DNA of 63,544 nucleotides, filler included, from Choristocarpus tenellus KU-1152 (Eukaryota; Protista; Phaeophyceae): NCBI GenBank assembly GCA_964200185.2. It is 9 parts of 9 records of this genome, joined end to end, with 100 filler letters (N's around TTAATTAATTAA, not from the genome) between each part and the next. Parts side by side here need not be neighbours in the genome. Positions count along the whole stretch, not along the records: positions 49,029 to 60,574 come from CAXNAD020002263.1; positions 60,675 to 63,544 come from CAXNAD020024061.1; 7 more parts are not named here. The stretch is one strand, 5' to 3'. The notes under the pieces were generated by a model. That model was not told the DNA's origin and searched no databases. It saw only the letters and a list, made by a program, of their open reading frames with translations. Each line of letters starts with the position of its first letter. The stretch's first letter is position 1. This document shows, piece by piece, positions 52,656 through 63,544 of the stretch. The translations under genes and the position numbers were made by a program.

Positions 52656-54723
52656 ATGTCAATGGAGAAAATTGATCGCACTAAGGTGAAATGGAGCTCC
52701 GAGCTACCTCGATACAACACGCTAGTCCTTCATTTTAAGGAAAGGGTTGTAGGGCGAGTTTGCAGTTGGTCTTGAGTGACCTCGATTGAAGATCTTGGGA
52801 TATAATTGGTAATCCACAAAGATAACGAGGTTGCTAGGATTGCTGCTTTGTTGATGGTATGTAGCCCTCACATTGATCATGATAAACCCTCCAAACGGGT
52901 TGTGGCAGATAAGCGCGAAGGTAGGTTGATTGCAATTCGATTGGGCGAGTTGGATTCAGGCTGGAAAGGCTGGCAGGGAAGAGAAGAAGAATGGAGATCG
53001 AGTTTGAGGAAAGTAAATCGTTGCTTAAGAATTTCTGTCTTCCCACTCCAAGCTTCACCTATGTTGCCGACCCGTTTTACCCCGATACTTTGTGGTAAAA
53101 ACCCAATCCAGCGTTCTTTACATTTTGACTAGGTTGGATTATTGCATCCATGCTTTAGACCATAAGGTCAACCTGTTGTAGTTCATCCCCAACACTATAC
53201 AGGTATTTCTGAGACTCGCACCTATCCCCCAGTCTCACTATCTACCATACCCTCGAGGCAGCCCCCAGAGGACTTGTTTTTGCTCGGCCACGTACCCCCA
53301 GGCATGACCATTGCAAATGTCCAAGTTGTTCTCCCCCCCAACCTTCTCTCTCCACTCCTATAACAAAGAAGTGCATGCAAAAATGTGCACGCATAACAAT
53401 GTGCACTGCAAAACCTACGCAATTGCCACAGCATAGCACACCACAACACAAATTGTGTCTCATGAGATTTCCTTGCTATATTTGAACCTAGATGCAATCT
53501 AGGTTCCCTCAACTCCCTTCGATCACGGATGCCTCTGCCGTTAGACTGGTCAGGTCCGAATCTTCCGTGTTGCTACTGGGCTATAAACTTCGTTTTTTTG
53601 CCAATCCAGCTTGCTTACGCATCACAATCAAAAACAAACTTGTGATTAATCTTTTCGCTGTCGTCGATGCTCTCAGGTTTGCCCACTTCTCCTCCGATGC
53701 TTCTGGAGACCCAACCAACACCACAGGGCCGAGGAATTTGGGGGGATGGGTGGACCCCTGCCGAAAGATGAGCTGCAGATTTACACATGGTGGGGATCAA
53801 TATTGGGTTCCTGGGTTAGAACTAGTGAGTAGGGGTTTTGATCATGGATGGGAAGGAGGGCAAGGCAAGTGTGGGGTGGGATGATGTTGGTTGATTTAGT
53901 AAATGTTTTTGATGGGGCAATGGGGGAAAGGGGCATAGATAGACTAAGGACAGGGGGGGGAGTAGGCAGGGATGGATAGCATGTTGGGAGTCACTTGCAG
54001 TCCAGCTCAATTGCGGACGTGCTTTTCTGCTGTTGGTAAATCAGTTGGTAACTAGCTGATTTCTTAGTTGGTGGTTTTGAGCTGTTTTAGCTTGTATATT
54101 TCTCCTCTTGGTGTGCTTAGAGTGGTGGTGCCAGCAGAGACACCAATCAGGGGAAGGTGGGGTTGCCATTTTTCATGACAGAGTGTTAGTGTAACTGGGG
54201 AAGGGAACCAAGACTCAAGAGGTGCGCTTGACAACCTGTGTATCTGATTACACATTTTTTCGTCACTACTGCAGTGCGTGCTCAAATGACAGAGTACTGA
54301 GTTGCATAATTGCTTCCTTCATGGGGTCACCATACACCTACTGTATCAACTCCAACCCATGCTATTACCTCTGTTTCTTGACCTGTACCACTGCTTGTAT
54401 TCATGGCTACCTTCCTCTCTGTGTTGTCTCACGGCCTACATCCCACACATATTAGCAGTTTTTTTCTCCTCAACTTGACTCTGATAGCTAGTTTTTTTCA
54501 TCACGGTGTATCATGCAATTCACCATCCAATCTACGCATAGTGGAAAAACTAGTGCGTTGTGGAGTCACTGTGTGTACTGTACCAATCCAACACGTTCCA
54601 TTTTCTTCATGTGTAGAAGTGTGCATGATTATCTGCCTGTGTCAACTTGCATCACAATTTAGAACACTGCTCCTTCCTCACTACTAGTGATCAGCACTAC
54701 ATCTTAGTGACAGCCTCCCACGT

Positions 54724-54793
<70 letters not shown>

Positions 54794-56375
54794 TCACCCA
54801 ATCCCATGCCCCTCTTGCCCCTGGCATCCCTTCCTCTCCTCACGTCTGCAATCCCCCTGTGCCTAAATTAGGCCTGATGCTACGATGAGAGAGATCGCCA
54901 CACTGATTCAAGATGTTGTTCCAATGGCCAGAAGGCGTACTGCGCGACTATCCTTTGCCTTTGTGTACCCTGACAGCCAGGGGAGGAATGCTGTGAAGGA
55001 GGTGAGGGAGGGGGAGCGGGGATAGCCAGAAGTGGAAGCATGTGCGTGTGTGTGTCTGTTGACTTGTAGAAGTGAAACAGTGGGGCTTGCGCGATTGAAT
55101 TGGTCATTGATAGTGCTTATGGTGGTTAAGGGTTGACTCACTTTCTCCTTCTTCCTCCCTCACAATTTTTCTTGTATAGTCACTCTTTCCCCCCCCCCAA
55201 AAATAAAAATAAAAAAATCTTCTACCTTTGCTGGGCTCACCTTGGAATGTCAAGTGCCCTGAGTGGGGTGAAGATCAATTGGGCATTATCTCATTGCCAA
55301 ATATATAATAAAATGTCAGAATGGGTTTGTATTAGTGGGGGAGCAGGAAGTTTCACAGGAGCCTATGTGATGCGTGTCAGGGCCATGCTGTGGAATGTGA
55401 TGATCATGTGGAATGCTGTCTCACCCTTAGAGCATTGATATCATCAGTGGTTGTTGATGTGTGATGTTGTATATCCATAACCCTTGAGCGAGTGAACCGT
55501 ACAGAAGGACTGTTGGTACATCCTGTGCTCTCTCTCTTTTTTTTTTTTAGGTCCCTTTATCTTCTGTTGTGAGACAGCATGGGTTCCTCAGTTCTTGGTG
55601 AGGGCATGTGTTGGTGTTGCGGTTGATAGCATCAAGAGAACAGGCATAGAAAGTAAAAATCTGAAGTAGTCCTATCCCGAATCATCTCTAGCCTCATTCA
55701 TGTCACACTCCTTGAATTGATTCCACTTCTCTCTTCAACACAGATGGCATTCATGCCTTGGGCCTTGACACGTTTGTAGAACGAGCAAGTGGCTTAGTAG
55801 GTGGCAATATGTACGGTCTAGGCATGTACAGTTACGGATATGTTGTAGTACGCTGGGGAACCACCACTGTAGTCTTTTCCTGACTTTTTTGCACAGACTT
55901 TTGAATGCTTAACCTAAAACTAACCCTAAACAGCTAAGGAAGTTTTCTGGGATAAGTTTCACGCTGTGGTTCGGCAGTGGTAGTAAACTGACTGGGGAGT
56001 CACAAGGACAAGGTCAACGTTATGACGACCTATCCCAGGCAGCATCCTTGACTGATTAGGGTTATAGAGTTAAAGATAAGTTGTTGCAAATGCTGGTGAA
56101 GAAGTGAGAAGATGTATGACAGTGGTTCCCTTCAACAGTGGTTCCCCCAGTGCTCTACACACGTAGGAGATTTTGTTTTGTTTCCAAACACTCCCCTGCG
56201 CTCATGTGTTTGTAATACATTGCCTTTTTTCTATATGGTGGTATCTTCTCTGTGCGTACACTGTGGAATGCAGGTGGCGTCAGTTGGGTCAGCAAGATCG
56301 GGGCCTGACGACAACCGAACGCTTCGTGATCTCAAATTTCAAACAGGGGATTATCTGGATCTGGCAATATGCTAA
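52656..56375 (+). CDS. SAP18: Sin3-associated protein 18 (ASAP/PSAP and HDAC complex subunit), 4 exons, about 124 aa
   Basis: Exons 52656-52685, 53677-53789, 54872-55001 and 56274-56375 give MSMEKIDRTK-VCPLLLRCF..DELQIYTW-PDATMREIATL..LSFAFVYPD..DDNRTLRDLKFQTGDYLDLAI, matching the SAP18 signature motifs. Confidence 0.95.
54725..54790. repeat. Poly-C tract of about 66 nt in SAP18 intron 2
   Basis: Directly visible homopolymer about 80 bp upstream of the exon 3 acceptor. Confidence 0.9.
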
Positions 56376-58630
56376 GAGCTCCAAGCATCGACTGAAATGA
56401 GTAGTTGACTAGATGACTAGAGTCTGCACAGGTGGAGCGAGATCACGGGCAGGTGCAGAAGAGCTGTTTCCAGGAATGTTCCTGCGCTGTTTGGGGATTT
56501 GGATGACTTCCAGAGCCTTGCTCATGATTAAACAATAATTGAAGGGAGTAGGTGAAATGTATAAAAAGTAAACTTTACACCAACGGGGGATAGCCTACGG
56601 TTGTACTGTGCCAGCAATATGCATTGAACATGCATTATCCCCTTAGCGCTGCTCTTGCCATCAGTCCCAGGTCTTGTCCTGACTGCCTTGGCCGATGTAA
56701 TATATTGTAGGAGGTTGTTGGCAAATCCATTCATAGCAGGGAGCGAGAGAAGTGGGGTGAAGGGGTTGTTGAAGTTTTTACATTGGTGGGTTACACATGG
56801 TGATATCTGAAGTATTAATTAATACTGCTGCGCTCCTCTTTTTGATTCCCTGATGTGTTTTATGTCTGATTGTGGAGTTTGTATTGGTTGCTGTCAACAT
56901 GTTGATATGCCACTACTGTACTACCAAGCAGCAGTTCCACAACTTAGTGCCTTGGTGGCATGGTGTACCTCAATATTTGATAAAAATCAGAGTTCAGGAT
57001 ACTTCAGCTTAATCCATTGTCCATTGCCCCACTATCCGAGCAACTTGCTTCCCCACCCCAGCGGTAAAGTTGTATCTCTATACTTGACAGTACCATTGCC
57101 AGCCCCAGAGGAGGAGACAATGTGGTGTGGTTAAACATAATGAGGAATAAACGTTTAATGGTGCTGAGATTTAGGGGGTAATATATGCAGTTGGAGGTTC
57201 CAGGTTGAATATATCTTACTGATTCATTGATAATATTGTCTGTTCCATTACTTTTCAGGTATTGATTGAAAATCCTCTTGGTATTGGCACCAGTTGTTGG
57301 TGGCACTTTGTTTCATGTGGCCGTTTTGTTATTGGAAGTAGTTCTTCGTGTAGTGCCCCCGTGTATCCGTGGTCGATGGAGGTTGTTCCTTGCATGAAAT
57401 TTGTGGGTTCAAACCTCGTTGACGCTAAACTTCTTTTCATGGCAATTGAAGGATTGCTACCTGATGATGCCGCAGTATATTATATTACTATTCTTGTCTT
57501 CTTTATGTTGCAGAATGGAGCAAAGCTTTTAAAAAGTGAATTTTGCGAGGACTTTTTAGTATTAAGTATAAGAAAAGCACACGTTAAACAGGACCCAAGG
57601 GATGTGGTAGTAGTCAGAGTCGCACAGTTTTATGTGTACTATGTAGTATTTCAGATTGTTCTTGAGGGTTAGGGATAGGGTTAGGTTTATAGATTTTTAT
57701 TTCTATGGATATGTGTGTGGGATCTGCTTATTGTCGCATTGCTTTGGGTCCTGTTTAAACCTGTCCCCCCCCAAAAAAAGGCTTCAGTTTTTTTTTGCAG
57801 AATAATTTGATCAGATTTTGTGGCAGCTTTTAAAACAAACATGTTATGGTCAGTATTGTGAAAAAATGGAGAACGTATTTCATCGTCTAACCTGGAATGG
57901 GACAGCAATCTCCACCATGAACACTGCGGTTTCCCCCCTCGCGGTTTATTGTGGACGGACGTTGTATGTCTTGACTGACTAAATGAGAAAAACAAGTGCA
58001 CCCCTCTCTTTCTGCTTTTTTGAACTACGGCAATCATGTACAGTACGAAGTTTATGGTTCTGTTGGCTGTAGTCTCCTGTGGGATCTGCTTTCCAAGTTC
58101 GAGGTGTCTCAGAAGTGATCTCAGTCATCCCTCAGTGGTTCGCATGTTGAAATATAGGTTTGAGTGATGCAGAGTGTACAGGCTGGTTTGAGGTCAGGCA
58201 AAGTCTTTTGGGAGGAGTGTGTCCTTGCCCCCCATCCTCTTCATCTTCACCACAACATACAGTGCTGTGCACAGTAGTTACGGAGTTCAATGCTGACCTG
58301 GTCATCTCGAAAGACCTTGTTGTCACCAAGGGAGCCGTAAGAAACAACCAAGCCAGAGGGGGAGCAGCAGGCTGTGGGGTACCACTTGGGTTGCGGCTGT
58401 GGGGTATGCTCTATCCTGACAATGCAGGCATTCTAAGACTGAACCAGGAAGTCCGGGCAAGATGATGGCAGTGATTGCGAAGTTGGGTAGGGCATTTGGA
58501 TAGACTGTGTCTTCGTTGAAGATGGAAACTAATTTCCTTTGACCTCGAAACAAGGTCACAAATATAATGTAGATCCAAGCTTTGAGTCAGAGTTACAAGC
58601 AAATTGACAAGCTTGTTAACCTCGGGGGAT

Positions 58631-58811
58631 GACCCAAAGTATCTGGGGGGGTGGGGGGGGTCTACACGAGGGTGTCCATTTGGACCAAAATTGGGAAAAG
58701 TGCATTTGCATTATCCATCCGACTTATGGCAACCAAATCACCAAAAAATCACGATATGAAAAAATTGACCCCAAATGGACAGCCAACCCCCCCTCCCAGA
58801 TACTTTGAGCC
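58631..58811 (+). mobile_element. MITE family C copy
   Basis: gacccaaagtatctgggg..cccagatactttgagcc. Nearly identical to the inverted copy at 60412. Confidence 0.88.
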
Positions 58812-60411
58812 GATTCGCCCTTGAGCCAGATAAACGAGAGGTACCCAGGTGTTGGCTGTTTTACATTTATAGTCATTTTTTAATCAATCTTTGCGATTCA
58901 CTCACATCTTGTTACGTTTGACTTGGGACTGTTGATTTCTCTGTTGTTTGAAACCTTTCCACAGAATTAAAAAAATTTCAAGCACGCATTTGTGCTAAAA
59001 GGTCAATTTTTGCACATATATCTCAGCTTTCTTATAATAATGCAGGTCTGGGTATCTCTTGTTTGCTGTGACTCATTGAAGACCTTGATATCACCTCTGA
59101 GATCACCTCTGAGATCAGCCTATGGGTTTGAAGAGGGAGGTACTGCTTCTGGAAGTACAGCCAAGTAATTGCTTCATGACAGAGAACCGCAGGTGTATCA
59201 CTTGAGAAAATAATCCGAATGCTCAAGGATGAAGTGCTTGAAATTCTTTTAGATTGTTGTATGGCATGGGCTCCGCCAGGACCACTGCATGAAGTTCACG
59301 CTCTCGTTGTCACGAATTCCTCCTACTCTGCATTGTATTTTACAAATGGAAACACATCAATCGTTCACTGTCCTCCTAGTATGACTCTGTGAAGACCGTG
59401 TACAACAGTGTCAAGGCAATTGTCCAAGAATGGAGGCTCCCGTTTGCAGATTCAGTTGCATGTATGGGGGATGAGTGACTCCAATAGAGTTGACGTTTGG
59501 GGAACTTGCATGTGGAAAGGGGAATGAAGATAAACAGGAGAACTAGCTAGTGGATGTGCCTGCAAGGTGTCCTTGAAAAGCTTGGCATCGTGGTTGAGGG
59601 CTGGAATACAAGGGCAACCAGTTAACACAGGTGGTACGATTGTGCAGTTGATGGAGCAAAGAGCTTGATGGACATGTGGCATGTCAGGGTATCATGCTGA
59701 ACCAGCAGCTACAGCAGTCCAAGCAAATCAGAACACATACACCTTTATCAGTGCCCACTGTTGTCAATATTTCTCCCCTTCGACACAATTATTCTTCTTG
59801 TGCTCCACTTTCGTTTTTGTGACATGCGATAAGGTGGTATTCGGATTGGATGGTCCAGGAGTGTGATTTAATTTCTCTTTTCCCCTTTCTCCCAGACGAT
59901 CTGACAATATTTGACAACGTCAATTGATGGCACCCCTGTCCCATCAACCAGTGCCAGTGTATTCCGTCTGGGTTTTCTTGGGTGTCCTTCTTACGTAGTA
60001 CACCGATTTTTCTTTCCTTTTCTTCTTTGTTAGTAGTCGGTGCGTTATTATTATTAAAAGAGGAACGAATCTTTGCACATATCACAACCCCCCCCTATTG
60101 AGGGTGTGAGAGAGCGCTGTATATATTTTATGCCATGCTTCCTACATCCAAAAATGTAGTTGCTCCCCCTAGAATGCTGTCCCTGGGTTTCCAGTTTTTG
60201 CCCTAAATTGTGCGACCATAGCCTGTGCGATCTTTTCAAATTTCCATAATGGTATTGAAAGTCATTGTTTAGGAGCACTTGGCTTTACTTGTACCCCTTA
60301 CGAGGATGTTGCTTGACTTGGATTACACTCGGTGCCCTTGGCAACAAGTATTTGTTACCAGTCTACAACTATTTGACCCCTTGTTCGCACTCATTATTCC
60401 ATGTGACATGA

Positions 60412-60574
60412 GGCTCAAAGTATCTGGGAGGGGGGGTTGGCTGTCCATTTGGGGTCAATTTTTTCATATCGTGATTTTTTGGTGATTTGGTTGCCATAAG
60501 TTGGATGGATAATGCAAATGCACTTTTCCCAATTTTGGTCCAAATGGACACCCTCGTGTAGACCCCCCCCACCC
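60412..60574 (-). mobile_element. MITE family C copy cut by gap
   Basis: Near-perfect reverse complement of 58631-58811. Confidence 0.88.
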
Positions 60575-60674
60575 NNNNNNNNNNNNNNNNNNNNNNNNNN
60601 NNNNNNNNNNNNNNNNNNTTAATTAATTAANNNNNNNNNNNNNNNNNNNNNNNNNNNNNNNNNNNNNNNNNNNN

Positions 60675-60725
60675 GATTTTGGCCCCCAAATGGACACGGC
60701 CCTACCCTCTAAGATACTTTGGCTC
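60675..60725 (-). mobile_element. MITE family A terminal fragment at contig start
   Basis: ..ctaccctctaagatactttggctc directly after the gap. Confidence 0.8.
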
Positions 60726-61260
60726 GGTTGCCTCATCTGTCATGTTGGGGTATACCTTGTTCTGATATTCACACCCAGTACTCTAGCAATGTATGGAAGC
60801 AACTTGTCTGCTCCCTTAGCATAAGCGGGTATGGTATAACAGGAACTTCCTTTTGCGAGCTACTACTGACTCTATTCTCACTTTGTAATTTTTTGTAGGA
60901 AACCAACCATAACAGCAGTATCAACTAAACTAGGGGGTAGGCCTCCCTGCCCCAACTTGTTTACTTTCTCTTTTGAGGTAAATAGAGTAAGAAAATGAAC
61001 AGAGTCACACTTTTGTTCCACTCAGTTTTTTGCAAAGACCTGGGGCTCCTTACAGAGTCCTTCCCCTTTCCTTTTTCAAGTCTGGTCGAACACATAAGCA
61101 TTCCTAAGCCTCACCAGTTATCTTCATCAGCACCAGAGTGCCCACTCAACCATGTCAGTACCAGACTCAGCAGAGCTCTTTGCCTGGTCATTTCTATTCA
61201 GTTCAGGTCTCAAAACTGGTTTTGAAAAAAGTAAAATCTCATTCAAGAAGTCCCCAGTAA

Positions 61261-61522
61261 GAGTGAAAGTATCTTAGAGGGTACGAGTTTTGCCCTGTTT
61301 GTCCATTTGGTACTTGACTTCCCTCGGGGGTTTTATGATTTTATTCTACTCCAAATGTTTAGGGTTAGGGTAAAATGTATACGTCATGAAAAGGTGTGTC
61401 CGAAAAAAGGATAATGACACTTCCTAACAAACACCATAGCCGAAATTACATCGAAATCGCATCATTGGATTTTGACCCCCAAATGGACGCCGCTCTACCC
61501 TAACCCTAAGATACTTCGGCTC
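61261..61522 (-). mobile_element. MITE family A, complete copy
   Basis: GAG..CTC termini and 4-bp duplication gtaa/gtaa. Confidence 0.9.
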
Positions 61523-61759
61523 GTAAAGCAGTTGTCTCACATAACAGTCATTTTGCTTTCTTGATTCCACCCTGATCCCCCTTGGAGACTATTATTACAG
61601 TTTTTCAATCTGTAATAACAGTAAAAGTGCTGGGTTACCTTCACCAGGAAAAAAACGAGCTGATAATGAAGCTCCAACCTTACATACACTGGTAGTAGTA
61701 GCAGTTGTATATAGAAAGGGCAGGTGCAGTCATGCCATTGCATGAGAACTACGTATGAT

Positions 61760-63330
61760 GGGAGTACATGCGCACTGGAGCTTCACAGGCCATTGGAAAC
61801 TACTGATGTTCCCAACAATCCCAAACGTAGCCCTACAACTCCGGTATCACTCAATAGAATCCAACCATGGCCATCCTAATTTCCTCAGATGCTTTTCTCC
61901 TGTCAAAAACCTGTTGTGTGTATCCAACTCTGATATGTATTGCATCCTTCCTGTTCCCATTACCCATCTCTCATCTCAGTGATTGTCAAGCTTTTTACTT
62001 GAACATGCAAAGTACAATACAGAGAGTTTGATTTGTTCCGTCTTCTACCAACGGACGAAGAAGAATATCTGTTAGTGGAAGGAATTTTACGGCTGGATTA
62101 CTCTTTTGTAAGAAAACTGCTTACAGGGCAGTAGACACGAACATGTTGATATACCTCATACACTCGAGCACACCAAGGTTGTAAGGTGTGAGTGATCCGC
62201 CAACCCTTGCCATCAAAGTCTGACAACATCAACTACGTGTCCACTCTCACCAATCATGCAGTTATTCCAGTCTTTTGGACAGGAAAAGGAATCACATGTT
62301 CACTGGAAGCTCAGACAAACAAGAAAAAAGTGATGGCAGTGAAGAGTGGTCTACATCGCTCAGCAGTAGGCATGAGGTAGACCCAAAAATATTTCCATCA
62401 GTCAATATCATTGAAACAAATATATATACAGCATGAGTTGTTTGTTCTTCATGACTGTTTGCTCCTCATGGGCACAGTGATCACTAAGAGCACTAGACCA
62501 AATTGTAGTAAGAAGGCGTCTAATGTTTTTAATGACTCATTCACCAACTTAATATCCCGTAAGTCTGGCACTTACACACACAAAGGCATCCGCACATTGA
62601 TCATGTCCACTCTACAGTCTTATAAAATTGATGTTGATGACTTGGTCCTCTTCGGGACAATCTTTCTTGGCTACGTCTCAAGAATAAGTTTTGCCTCTTT
62701 TCTTCAATGCAACTTGTAGACAATCCCATTAACTTTCCTTGGCAACAGTTGGTAGTCTTCACATTTGATTTCATTCATTCTACAGATGAAGTACAGTTTG
62801 AAGCGGGCTTCGAGTCTCTGTAAAAGAGAGATGAGATCTATAGCTTAATCATAGTATACTAACAAATCTCCTTGTTGATATTGACTTCGAGGTGCTGGTA
62901 GAAAACAGCATCCTCAATGAAACAGGGGGTTTCCAGTCCAAAGTTAACACGTAACTCCCTATGTCCACCTCATCGGAAAAAGCAACAGGGCTCAGCGCCA
63001 TCACACACTGCACCCAACAATCTCAGAGGTAGGGAATGTATACCTTTTGCTTTGGTGCATATTCTAAGCAGAGTTACTGAGAAGTTTAGACAATGTGTTT
63101 AGAGCAACACAAGAATGCAAACAAACATAAGCAACCTTGCAGAGATCAATAAAGGAGGGGTCTCTCTCTGCTTGGGGTCTCTTCTTTCAAGCTATTGCAT
63201 GGTGCACACACTATATAGCAAGCTTCTGAAATATCGTGGAGGATATTACTTTTCATTGGCGATTTTGGCATTAAGATCGTGGTACAATCCATTGCTATCC
63301 CACAACAGCCTTTTTACTGACTCTGCTGGG
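61760..63330 (-). mobile_element. Heavily decayed Ty3/Gypsy-like pol remnant
   Basis: Weak motifs in Gypsy order across many stops: YHDLNA and FIDL..AY (RT), DVDHSSL and LMLSDFD (RNase H), GFY..YVWDC..HQ (integrase zinc region). Confidence 0.4.
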
Positions 63331-63544
63331 CTGAATTGATATCTTTTGCCAAGGACAGCTTGTCATCATGTTCCTCCAACACCTGTTTTTGTTGCTTTAA
63401 GTATACCAGGTACATTGAATCTATCTCAACTCTACCTCGACCCATGCTTCAATCATCCATGTACCCTAACAATACTGTATGTCAAACTATTTTCTAGTGA
63501 TTATAAGGGGTCAAAGTATCTGGGAGGGGGGCGTGGTTTGTGAG

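Noticed and set aside
54647-54871. Poly-proline ORF
   Set aside because: It is the translation of an intronic poly-C tract in SAP18, and the tract length may itself be a sequencing artefact.
57255-58560. Possible minus-strand multi-exon gene
   Set aside because: Frames break repeatedly and no family motif is recognisable.

Overview
This is eukaryotic, intron-rich genomic DNA. It is most consistent with a flagellate-stage stramenopile such as a brown alga or relative, inferred from gene content and repeat types and not verified. The window is nine contig pieces joined by eight identical artificial 100-bp linkers (N44-TTAATTAATTAA-N44), so adjacency across gaps is unproven. Seven spliced host genes can be built by hand: an EHD/dynamin-like GTPase with a predicted transmembrane hairpin and no EH domain, the 5' part of a HIS4-type histidine biosynthesis fusion (with a GC-AG intron), a Kelch-repeat protein, DPCD, an ArfGAP2/3 (Glo3-type), an Atg14/UVRAG-like protein and SAP18. 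The rest is mostly transposon-derived: an intron-containing Sola2-like transposase with an unusual C-terminal extension, two related MITE families (16 copies or fragments, several with 4-bp target-site duplications), a plant-type mariner, Copia, probable Gypsy, RTE-like and CRE-like LINE remnants, a 200-bp foldback, and 42-bp and 43-bp tandem arrays. The best candidates for an undescribed system are the Sola2-like transposase with its apparent MITE partners and the membrane-anchored, possibly mitochondrial EHD-like GTPase.
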